A DNA stretch of 64,000 bases from Candidatus Undivivens industriae. GTDB lineage: Bacteria > Omnitrophota > Gorgyraeia > Gygaellales > Profunditerraquicolaceae. Each line of letters begins with the position of its first letter. The first letter of the stretch is position 1. Where the stretch lies: positions 13,293-77,292 of the forward strand of contig JAAYZR010000020.1 in NCBI GenBank assembly GCA_012514745.1, written 5' to 3'. The position numbers and the translations under genes are program-made. Positions 8,273-18,102 of this stretch are shown here, piece after piece. Below the pieces are notes generated by a model. The model saw only the letters and a list, made by a program, of their open reading frames with translations, searched no databases and was not told where the DNA came from.

Positions 8273-9858
8273 TTCCCTTCCGCCTCCAGGAAATTCAATA
8301 AATTACGCGCTATAACGGCATACCCATCGGCGCTGCAGTGCCCGTCGGAGACAAAACAATTGCGGGAGACCGCCCTGTCCATAACCGAGAAAACACGGTA
8401 ATTGCTCACGAAAGGTATCGAATTATCCCCGGCGATTTTCGACATCAGCTCCGAGAAACTCTCGTCTCCGGGATAATCCATCAAGAGCATCCTGCTCTTA
8501 TGACGACGACAGATATCCGCGATCTCTCGTATATCCGAAATTATCCACTGTTTGACATCGTCGAAATAGGATATCTTTTTAAGTAATGCGGCTATTTTGG
8601 GGGGAAGAACGCTGCTATTCTTAGCGAGCGACTCCGAAATGGCGGAACGATCGCCGCCGAAGATGCGCACAAGGTCGGACCGGGTATCAATATCCTCCGG
8701 ATCAAGGCAGGCGGCCAGCAGTATGCATTCTCTCGACTTCGCGGTCTCGCCTTTATTCGCATACACGCCGGCAAGACATCTATAAAGATCCCCGTTCATC
8801 CGATCGACGGCGATACCCTTTTCCAGCCATGCCACAGCCTCATCATAAAGTGCCTGCCTCGCATAAGCCGTCCCGATGCTCAAATAACATATCCCCGATT
8901 TAGGATCTATCTCAAGCCCTTTCCTGTACCATTCTACCGCCTCATCATAAAAACGCTGCTGTAAATAAAACCATCCGGTTTCCACATAACATTCTATGTC
9001 CCCTGGTCCGGTTTTAAAAGACTGATCCAGCCATTTTTTTGCTTCTTCATAACGTCCCAGAGAAACACATAATCCTCCCATGCGCGCGTAGCCTTCGCTT
9101 GAGGAGGGCTCGATCTCTATCCCTTTCAGAAAACATTTCTCGGCTTCGGGGTATGAACCGCATTCGGCCAAGGCAACGCCGAGTTCGATATAAGCCTTAC
9201 TCCCATGATCTCCGCGGCGGAAGCGCGCTTTCACCTTTTCTAAGAATGTTGTCCGGCCGCCGACAGAGCCGTAATTGTACGTAGCCGGAATGTTGCCGAA
9301 TGTGTCTACAGGAGAACCGCCCCGTTTTCTTATCTTCCAGGAAATCAAAGCGGTAAATTTCCCGACTTTGGTACGAAAAAACCATTTGACCGGCAACGCT
9401 GTCATCCCGGATTGTCTCTCCCGGCCGTAAAAATTCCAGTAATTATTACCACCGCCCAGAAGAATTACCAGGTCCGGAGCTGTGCCTTCTCTCAAAGCCG
9501 CCTGAAAATCAGAAATGATCTGCGTGGTATTATAAGAACATCTCCCGCGGTTCATTACCTGAAATTTACCTTCTGGATACCTGGAACCGAGCATCCTTGC
9601 CAGCTGAGTCGGATAATCAAGATCATGCGCCGCGCCCAGGCCGTAAGTAAACGAATCTCCTATACATAGTATTCTGTAGCCGCTCTGGACCTGTTTGTAT
9701 TTATCAATACCCTGCCGATGGAAGATGAAGAATCCGCCGGCGCGCAGGATAATCTCCAAAACGAAGAAAACTAAAGCCCCGCCGATTAAGAATGCCGCCA
9801 TTTTCCGCATGATTGCTTTTTCGGACATATCATACCGGCCGATGCCGCCTCTGGTCAC
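8269..9858 (-). CDS. Membrane-anchored SGNH/GDSL hydrolase with a ~300 aa TPR-repeat insertion between blocks III and V
   Basis: Block I CIGDSFTYG, block II NRG, block III GGGNNY, then several TPRs, then block V SDGHC. Paralog of 6821..8272. Confidence 0.65.
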   Translation of the reverse strand: MTRGGIGRYDMSEKAIMRKMAAFLIGGALVFFVLEIILRAGGFFIFHRQGIDKYKQVQSGYRILCIGDSFTYGLGAAHDLDYPTQLARMLGSRYPEGKFQVMNRGRCSYNTTQIISDFQAALREGTAPDLVILLGGGNNYWNFYGRERQSGMTALPVKWFFRTKVGKFTALISWKIRKRGGSPVDTFGNIPATYNYGSVGGRTTFLEKVKARFRRGDHGSKAYIELGVALAECGSYPEAEKCFLKGIEIEPSSSEGYARMGGLCVSLGRYEEAKKWLDQSFKTGPGDIECYVETGWFYLQQRFYDEAVEWYRKGLEIDPKSGICYLSIGTAYARQALYDEAVAWLEKGIAVDRMNGDLYRCLAGVYANKGETAKSRECILLAACLDPEDIDTRSDLVRIFGGDRSAISESLAKNSSVLPPKIAALLKKISYFDDVKQWIISDIREIADICRRHKSRMLLMDYPGDESFSELMSKIAGDNSIPFVSNYRVFSVMDRAVSRNCFVSDGHCSADGYAVIARNLLNFLEAEGK

Positions 9859-9918
9859 AGCTAATTTAAGACGATTGCGTTTTATACCGCCGCCGCGGCG
9901 TTAAGAGGGAATTCCACA

Positions 9919-10080
9919 CTATATTCCGGCGTAAATAAAAGAGATTATCACGCTCGGTCCGACATAGAAAACAAGGAGGGCTAAAAGCGCAAATGTTATT
10001 AGGATCGGCGCAAGAAAATAGATCTTATGCGCCTTGATCAAGTGGAAGGTTTCTTTAAAAAGATATACTGCTTTATTCAT
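9919..10080 (-). CDS. Unannotated 53-aa membrane protein, DUF5989 / SxtK-like (family usually found beside carbamoyltransferases)
   Basis: Reverse-strand ORF MNKAVYLFKETFHLIKAHKIYFLAPILITFALLALLVFYVGPSVIISFIYAGI. Pattern F-KE-F-LIK--K-YFL-PI...G-S-I--FIY is as I recall it for SxtK-like proteins. Absent from the ORF track because it is under 60 aa. Confidence 0.5.
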   Translation of the reverse strand: MNKAVYLFKETFHLIKAHKIYFLAPILITFALLALLVFYVGPSVIISFIYAGI

Positions 10081-10304
10081 GCTGCCCACGCTCGTTTTTT
10101 CAGATCATGCGTCCGGTGAGATTTGTTTTTTATTATAATACCTTAGGGAAACACTAACAAGCAATAAAATTCAGATCCAGGAGAAGGATGAAGACGAAAG
10201 GAAGCTGACGGCACCGTCTGCCGCCGCTGTGGCCTATAAGATTGCCCGCTTGTCCCGCAGTCCGGCGAGAAACGCGTGGTCGGTAGCGTCGTTGATAAGC
10301 GGGG

Positions 10305-11015
10305 TCAGGGAGATGTAGCCGCGGCGCACGGTCTCGCTGTCGCTTTCCGCGTCCGGACTTCCGCCAAAAATTCCCCGCTGAGCCAGTAATATTCGCGGTT
10401 GCGCGGGTCGTGCCTTTTTTCGAACCTATCCTTGAAGAAACGCGTGCTCTGCTTTGTGAATTTCACGCCTTTTATCTTGCCTTCCGGGATATTGACGTTC
10501 AACAGACAGCCGGCCGGGATGAACCTGCCGGAGAGTATTCTGCGCGCCAGCCCCGCGGCAAAAAAGGCCGCGAATTCAAAGTCGGCGGAAACGGAACGGG
10601 TCACCAGCGAAACGGCCATAGCCGGTATCCCGCACATCGCTGCCTCCCGGGCCGCGGACACCGTCCCGGAATACAGCACGCTGAATCCTGTATTCGGCCC
10701 GGGATTGATGCCGGAAACCACCATATCCGGGGAATGTTTCAATACCGCGCTCAAACCGAGCTTCACACAATCCGCAGGCGTCCCGCTGGTGCAGAACCAT
10801 TTCTCGCCGTCTCTGAATTTCACTTTCTTCAAACGCAACGGCTGGTGCAGGGTGATGGCGTGGCTCGCCGCGCTGCGTTCGTTGTCCGGAGCAACCACCG
10901 TGACTTTCCCAAGCGGCGATAATGCCCGGTAAAGAGCGGCCAGGCCGGCGGACTGAATGCCGTCGTCATTGGTCAACAATATACGGGCCTTTCTCGCTCT
11001 CTTCTCGGTCATCAT
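10305..11015 (-). CDS. surE: 5'/3'-nucleotidase SurE, with an apparent frameshift near the C-terminus
   Basis: RILLTNDDGI N-terminus. The frame after ...GEFLAE decays into nonsense, while the -1 frame encodes the canonical C-terminus DAESDSETVRRGYISLTPLINDATDHAFL..., ending at 10234. Confidence 0.8.
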   Translation of the reverse strand: MMTEKRARKARILLTNDDGIQSAGLAALYRALSPLGKVTVVAPDNERSAASHAITLHQPLRLKKVKFRDGEKWFCTSGTPADCVKLGLSAVLKHSPDMVVSGINPGPNTGFSVLYSGTVSAAREAAMCGIPAMAVSLVTRSVSADFEFAAFFAAGLARRILSGRFIPAGCLLNVNIPEGKIKGVKFTKQSTRFFKDRFEKRHDPRNREYYWLSGEFLAEVRTRKATARPCAAATSP

Positions 11016-11052
11016 AGAGATACTCTTCCTTCTTCATGGAGGCTCTGAAAAG

Positions 11053-11096
11053 ACCGGCCCGGCCGCGCAGTTTTGAACTGGCGCGGCCGGGCCGGC
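11053..11096 (-). terminator. Rho-independent terminator downstream of groEL
   Basis: 15-bp perfect GC-rich stem (ACCGGCCCGGCCGCGC/GCGCGGCCGGGCCGG) with a 12-nt loop, followed on the minus strand by CTTTTC. Confidence 0.55.
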
Positions 11097-11135
11097 TGCA
11101 TCAACTAACTTTTTTACTACCGATTGCCCCCGGGA

Positions 11136-12764
<1,629 letters not shown>

Positions 12765-12778
12765 TTATATATTAAAAG

Positions 12779-13069
12779 TTAATCCTTCACTATCGCAAGA
12801 ATATCTTCCTCGCGGACGATCAAATGATCTTCTCCGTTGAGTTTGATCTCCGTGCCGGAATATTTGCCGTAAAGCACTTTGTCCCCGGCTTTGACTTCCA
12901 GGGCGACCAGCTTGCCGTCATCGGAAATTTTGCCCTTGCCGACTGAAACCACTTTCCCCTCCTGCGGCTTCTCTTTCGCCGTATCGGGAAGAATGATCCC
13001 CCCTTTGGTTTTTTCCTCGGCGTCCAAGGGTTTCACGAGTACCCTGTCTCCTAAAGGTGTGATCTGCAT
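12779..13069 (-). CDS. groS: Co-chaperonin GroES
   Basis: 96 aa; [29 protein letters not shown]... Confidence 0.95.
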   Translation of the reverse strand: MQITPLGDRVLVKPLDAEEKTKGGIILPDTAKEKPQEGKVVSVGKGKISDDGKLVALEVKAGDKVLYGKYSGTEIKLNGEDHLIVREEDILAIVKD

Positions 13070-13203
13070 ATACTCCCTCCTTCCTGTTTATTGTTAATTT
13101 GTATCTGTTCTTTTCGGCGCTGCAACGCAGCGATTTTTCCGCTGTTCTTTAACCCCCGGATATACCAGGAGTTTTATTCCTTCCGCAAATCCCTGCGCGA
13201 TAG

Positions 13204-13230
13204 CTGGCACTCTTTTATAAAGAGTGCTAA
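13204..13230. promoter_or_regulatory. CIRCE element (HrcA operator) upstream of groES
   Basis: CTGGCACTC-N9-GAGTGCTAA, a near-perfect match to the consensus TTAGCACTC-N9-GAGTGCTAA, about 135 nt upstream of the groES start. Confidence 0.85.
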
Positions 13231-13357
13231 GACAACGCGAAAAAAATGTTTTTTTGCTCCCCTTCCATAAGAAAATCCTGTTTTTATTCTTGAATGGAAT
13301 TGCTGCGGAAAGATATCGCCGGCGCACTGCGGAAAAACCGCTCACTTGCTCCAGGTT

Positions 13358-13942
13358 TCATTTTATAACACAAACTTTTTTTTCTGTCAAGAGGGTATTT
13401 TTTTTACCGGACGCGGAGCTTTTTCGCCTCAACTCTTCTATCTTCTCCTGCACGTACCAGGAAAAATATCCTTTATATTCCCTCTGCAGGGCCGGTTTCA
13501 TCCAGTCTTTGGTGGTGACCAGCCCGCGGCAGCGCGGAGAGCCGCAGCGGCACTTGAAAGAATAATCGAAATCCGCGTCGGTCATGCAGTAATCGTAGGT
13601 CACTTCTTCGCCGGGCGAGATATCGCGCATCGCCGCTATAATCAAATGCCCTTTGATCCCGGCGTTGGGGGAACAACTATGATTGAAAAAATCGTCATCC
13701 TCCAGCCCCCCTTTTTTACAGGAAACCAGGAAGAACCCGTCGGCCACCCGAGTGGCGTAATTTTCTATTTCTTTGAAACAGGTCTTTTCCAGCTTAACGA
13801 ACTCGGATTGCGAAATAATAAACCCTCCCCAGACCGCGATTATTTCGTTTTTCCTGATCGGCTCGACCGCGAAAACTCCGCGGTGATCGATCCCGGAACG
13901 GTTCACCTTGACTTTACCGCTGACGTAGGAATGCTTAAGCAT
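13358..13942 (-). CDS. SET-domain protein-lysine N-methyltransferase-like
   Basis: NHSCSPN motif, the catalytic Tyr region (TYDY) and a Cys-rich post-SET C-R-C-G-S-P-R-C. The start overlaps the upstream saccharopine-dehydrogenase-like gene by 8 nt. Confidence 0.75.
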   Translation of the reverse strand: MLKHSYVSGKVKVNRSGIDHRGVFAVEPIRKNEIIAVWGGFIISQSEFVKLEKTCFKEIENYATRVADGFFLVSCKKGGLEDDDFFNHSCSPNAGIKGHLIIAAMRDISPGEEVTYDYCMTDADFDYSFKCRCGSPRCRGLVTTKDWMKPALQREYKGYFSWYVQEKIEELRRKSSASGKKNTLLTEKKVCVIK

Positions 13943-14945
13943 TTCTTTTTTCCCGCCTGACGATCGTTACGCCTTGTTTTTTGACCCCGTCTATCAACGC
14001 CTGGAAAATCGTCTTGTCGGCGGCAAGGTCTTCCAGGAAAACCAGCCCTTTGCGCTCAATCTTTCCATCCAGCAAAAGCCTGCCGACTGCGGCCGGGACG
14101 CTGGCCGTTATTTTCTGCATCGAGTTCCACTTTTCCCTCGCAGCGGAAAAACTTTTCAAGAACCAGACGATGCGTTTGCCGGGGAAAACGACTTCCACCT
14201 CCCCAAGGGTATAATTTGCCCGCCTGATCCTCTCTAAAAAAGCCTTGCTTTCGGCCATGCGTTCCGGAGAAAACAATCCGTAGCTCTCGGAGAAACGGAA
14301 AAAGGCGGCGAACCCCGAGGGCCTGACCACGCGGCAGGTCAGGCTGCGCGCCCCTGTTTTATCCAGGATATTCTCGAATCCGCTGGCAGAATAATAACTT
14401 TCCGCCTCTATGCCGAAATACTTCTCCCTCCGGTAACCGGCAAATGCCGGGAACCTTTTCTTCCTGCCGGAAATGATCTGGCTGGATACGAGCCGGTGTT
14501 CGAGTATCAAATCCTCGAAACACCATAAAAAAGGGAAATAATCACCCTGCGGGGAGAGAGAGCCGGCCTTCACGTGGATCTCGAGCACTCGGACGGGAGA
14601 ACAGGTTTCCCTGCCGAGGAGAAAATTGACTATTCCGGGGCAGAAACCGCACCCCGGTATCACCGTTATCCCGCTTTTGCCGATCTCTTTTCCCCTGGCC
14701 TGGTATATTTCGGGATCGACATCCGAGACGTCGACGAGATCTTTACGGTATTTCAAAGCCAGGTCCAGACAGCGTTCACCGATCTCCCCGGCCAAAGCGC
14801 CGGTGATCAGATCGGCGTTCCGCAAATCTTTCTCGTTCTCGAGGGAGAAAGCGCGGATATCCCTGTTCTGCCTGTTGAAAAAATGCAGGACCGCGCGGCT
14901 TATACGGCCGTCTCCGGCAACCGCTACTTTGTAACGGAATTTCAT
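13935..14945 (-). CDS. Saccharopine dehydrogenase-family NAD(P)-binding protein (possible polyamine-modifying dehydrogenase)
   Basis: VAVAGDGRISR Rossmann start and ITVIPGCGFCPGIVN, typical of saccharopine / carboxy(nor)spermidine dehydrogenase-like enzymes. Downstream of speE. Confidence 0.65.
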   Translation of the reverse strand: MKFRYKVAVAGDGRISRAVLHFFNRQNRDIRAFSLENEKDLRNADLITGALAGEIGERCLDLALKYRKDLVDVSDVDPEIYQARGKEIGKSGITVIPGCGFCPGIVNFLLGRETCSPVRVLEIHVKAGSLSPQGDYFPFLWCFEDLILEHRLVSSQIISGRKKRFPAFAGYRREKYFGIEAESYYSASGFENILDKTGARSLTCRVVRPSGFAAFFRFSESYGLFSPERMAESKAFLERIRRANYTLGEVEVVFPGKRIVWFLKSFSAAREKWNSMQKITASVPAAVGRLLLDGKIERKGLVFLEDLAADKTIFQALIDGVKKQGVTIVRREKRNA

Positions 14946-15835
14946 CTCTTCTTGAGACGCCAGATCTTAGGCGTGACCAGGCTGGCCAGGTGCATTTCCG
15001 GGGAATAATACTTCAGGTCCGCGGCTTTGGCGCCCAGACGCTGCTGCAGCCTGCGCTTCAACACCGGAAGGGCAAGTTTTGCCGGATCGACCTTCTTGGA
15101 CGCCATCAGGAAGCAGTATTCGCATCCGCAGCTGTAGGAAGGCATCGGCAGCCTGACCGGATTAAGATAAGTGAACAGTTTGGAGAGTTTTTCCACCGTT
15201 CCCCTGATGATGATGTCGAAGTCCAGGAACGGCCCCAACTGGAATATGGCGATGCCGTCTTCCGTGAGAGCCTCGTGCACGCTCTTATAGAAATCCCCCT
15301 GGAACAGGGCTTTTCCCGGCCCCACGGGATCGGTGGAATCAACCACGATGATATCGAAATGATTCTTGTGCGCCTTGATGAATCTTCTGCCGTCCTGGAA
15401 GGCAAGAGTCAGTCTCTTGTCCGTGAAACTCCCCTGCGAGACGAAAGGCAGGTACTTCCTGGCCATCCCGACCACTTCCTCGTCGATATCTACCAAGCTC
15501 ATTTCCTTCAAAGGATGCTTGCGCGCCTCCCGCAGAACGCCGCCGTCCCCGCCCCCCACCACCAGCAGTCTTTTGGGATCCGGGTGCGTCATCAACGGCA
15601 CGTGGGCGATGATCTCGTGGTAAATAAACTCATCGCTCTGGGAAAATTGTATGATCCCGTCCAGGGCGAGCATCTTGCCGAACCCGAGGCTCTCGAATAT
15701 ATATATCTTTTGATATTTGGTCCTGCCGGCAAAGATTTCCTTTTCTACCCGGAAGGTATCTTTTTTGCATCGTCTGATGCCGGGAAAAGCGGCTTCCACA
15801 AACCATTTTTCTTTCTTCGCGGATATGGCTTTCAC
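14942..15835 (-). CDS. speE: Spermidine synthase (aminopropyltransferase)
   Basis: VVGGGDGGVLRE and DSTDPVGP motifs; 297 aa. Confidence 0.9.
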   Translation of the reverse strand: MKAISAKKEKWFVEAAFPGIRRCKKDTFRVEKEIFAGRTKYQKIYIFESLGFGKMLALDGIIQFSQSDEFIYHEIIAHVPLMTHPDPKRLLVVGGGDGGVLREARKHPLKEMSLVDIDEEVVGMARKYLPFVSQGSFTDKRLTLAFQDGRRFIKAHKNHFDIIVVDSTDPVGPGKALFQGDFYKSVHEALTEDGIAIFQLGPFLDFDIIIRGTVEKLSKLFTYLNPVRLPMPSYSCGCEYCFLMASKKVDPAKLALPVLKRRLQQRLGAKAADLKYYSPEMHLASLVTPKIWRLKKR

Positions 15836-15836
15836 T

Positions 15837-16202
15837 TTATAGTCCTCTTTTCAGCAATTTAACTCTTACTTTTGTAGGTTTGATTTTATTTTTAAGGAAT
15901 TCGAGGGCGGCGTAAGGGCGGGTATTTTCGCCGCAGGTAAAAATATCGAGGGCGATATGATTATGCTCGGGCCAGGTGTGAATGGCGATATGCGACTCCG
16001 CCAATATGACCACACCCGTAATCCCCTGCACGGGGAACTTGTACACGGAAGCTTTTAACGGCGTATTGTTGGCCGCTTTAGCCGCCCCCCAAAGCAATTT
16101 CTTCACCGCCGCGGGAGTCTCGTTCATCTTTTTAGGCGCTTCCAGATCGGCAATCAAATGGACAGTTCTAAAAGTCCCTTTTGTCTTAGAACAGCCTGTC
16201 AT
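15837..16202 (-). CDS. speH: S-adenosylmethionine decarboxylase proenzyme (SpeH type, pyruvoyl-dependent)
   Basis: 121 aa with the self-processing site ILAESHIAIHTWPE. Confidence 0.85.
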   Translation of the reverse strand: MTGCSKTKGTFRTVHLIADLEAPKKMNETPAAVKKLLWGAAKAANNTPLKASVYKFPVQGITGVVILAESHIAIHTWPEHNHIALDIFTCGENTRPYAALEFLKNKIKPTKVRVKLLKRGL

Positions 16203-16357
16203 CTCACCCCCCCCTATTTAAAGTTTCTCCGCCTTTTAAGCGGGTTTGTTGTAACGGTTTTAGAAGTAAACAACTCCCCTTATCTATTTAATTATATAAA
16301 TCCTTGGGAAAAAGCAAGTGTTTTTTGAATTTTTTTGGTTATTCCGGAGAATCTTTC

Positions 16358-16906
16358 TTATTTAAGATACGCCTTGCCGATCTTTATTTCCGAAACCGGC
16401 CTGTCCTGGGAGTCGGTGGCGGCACTCTCGATTTTCTGCACCACATCGTAACCGGAAACTACTTTGCCGAATATAGTATGTCGCATATTGAGCCAGGGGG
16501 TCTTGGCCGTGGTTATAAAAAACTGGCTTCCGTTTGTGCCGGGTCCGGCGTTGGCCATGGCCAGGATCCCAGGGGCGTCAAAAGTCGCCGCGGGCGAACA
16601 TTCGTCCTCGAACGGCTTGCCCCATATGGACTCCCCGCCGCGTCCGGTGCCGGTTGGGTCCCCTCCCTGAATCATGAAATTCTTGATCACCCGGTGAAAA
16701 ATCACTCCGTTATAATACCCCTTCTCAACCAACTTGCTGAAATTTTCGCTCGCCTTAGGAGCAACTTCCGGCATCAATTGCAGTTCTATATTCCCAAGAT
16801 TGGTCTCCAGCACTATGGTTTTCGCGTCCATGGCAAAAGCACCTCCGCAGATAATCGCACCGGTTAATAAAAAGACGAACGTTAAGGCCGCCGCAAACTT
16901 CCTCAT
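16358..16906 (-). CDS. Peptidyl-prolyl cis-trans isomerase, cyclophilin type, secreted
   Basis: Signal peptide, then cyclophilin motifs (FHRVIKNFMIQGGD, GSQFFIT). Confidence 0.9.
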   Translation of the reverse strand: MRKFAAALTFVFLLTGAIICGGAFAMDAKTIVLETNLGNIELQLMPEVAPKASENFSKLVEKGYYNGVIFHRVIKNFMIQGGDPTGTGRGGESIWGKPFEDECSPAATFDAPGILAMANAGPGTNGSQFFITTAKTPWLNMRHTIFGKVVSGYDVVQKIESAATDSQDRPVSEIKIGKAYLK

Positions 16907-17256
16907 TTTACGTCACCTCCGTTAGAAAACTTCTTTTTGAACTCCGCGTAAAGATATTTCAGTATACATCATCGCCGTCAAATATCAAGCCGCTGTGCAC
17001 AGTAAATTATTTCCCCCACCGGAAATTGTAGGATCTCTTTTAAAATTCATCCGGTACGAATTACGCCCGCTCTTTGCAAAACTCTTGTTACTCCGGGGGC
17101 ACTTTTCGGTAATTATCCGAAAACCAGAGCTGTTCCATCAGCGGCTTATTTTCAATATCTGTATGAAAGCGCGGTGAAGGCGGGATGGATGAATGCGGTG
17201 CCGGATATTCCTAACCGTCTGCAGGGCTTAGCTTTTTCTCTTTCATATTCTGGGAA

Positions 17257-18102
17257 TTATCTGTTCCTGCCCGCCCCGAACAGCGCCGAGACGGAGTAAC
17301 AGGCCGCGGCGAAAAGCACGATCGTCGCCCCGGACGCCGTTCCCCAATAGAAAGAAACGATCAAGCCGCTGATGCCGGAGAAAAGGCTGATCAACACCGC
17401 CCAGGCCGTGTAAGCGCGCATATTGCGGGAGATATTTCTGGCCGCCGCCGCCGGAAGCACAAGCAAGGAATTTATGATCAATATCCCGGCCAGTCTTATA
17501 GAAAGGATCACCACCAGCGCCAGCAGCAAGGTAAAACTAGTCTCCACCCAGAAAGTATTCACCTTGCGGCTGCGCGCCAGAGAAGAACTGATACTGGTGA
17601 AGATCATGGCATTACCGGCGGCGAGCCAATATACCATAACGGCCGCGGCGATCGCCAGCAGCCATCCTATCTGCGCGGGGGTAACGGTCAGGATATCCCC
17701 GATCAGGTAACCGGTGTATTTCGCGAAACCTCCCCGTCTGCTCAAGATAACTATTCCCAAGGCCACGATAAAAGCGAACAATACGCCCAGGACGGTATCC
17801 ATAGACGCCCGCGTCATGTTTTTCAAAAGGTTGACGCCTACGGAAAGCAGCACCGCCAGCAGAAGCATCGGCAATACCGGGTCCTGAAAGCCGAGCAGAA
17901 CGCCGATGGCGATACCGGTAAGCGCGGAATGCCCCAGGACATCGGTAAAGAAAACCATGCGGTTGCTGACCACCATCGTTCCCATCAAAGCGAACAGCGG
18001 GGTGACCAGCAAAACCGCCAGCAGGGCGTTTTTCATGAAGACATAATGCGCCCATTCAAAAGGCAGGGTGTTTACCAATTTGTACCAGAAGTCAATCAGC
18101 AT
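17257..18102 (-). CDS. znuB: Metal ABC transporter permease (ZnuB/TroCD family)
   Basis: 281 aa ABC-3 family polytopic permease, last gene of the zur-znuA-znuC-znuB block. Confidence 0.8.
   Translation of the reverse strand: MLIDFWYKLVNTLPFEWAHYVFMKNALLAVLLVTPLFALMGTMVVSNRMVFFTDVLGHSALTGIAIGVLLGFQDPVLPMLLLAVLLSVGVNLLKNMTRASMDTVLGVLFAFIVALGIVILSRRGGFAKYTGYLIGDILTVTPAQIGWLLAIAAAVMVYWLAAGNAMIFTSISSSLARSRKVNTFWVETSFTLLLALVVILSIRLAGILIINSLLVLPAAAARNISRNMRAYTAWAVLISLFSGISGLIVSFYWGTASGATIVLFAAACYSVSALFGAGRNR

Noticed and set aside
13118-13132. Small hairpin CGCTGC-AAC-GCAGCG followed by TTTTT on the plus strand, looking like a terminator
   Set aside because: There is no plus-strand gene upstream. 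It sits inside the groES 5' leader between CIRCE and the start codon, so it is more likely part of leader structure than a terminator.
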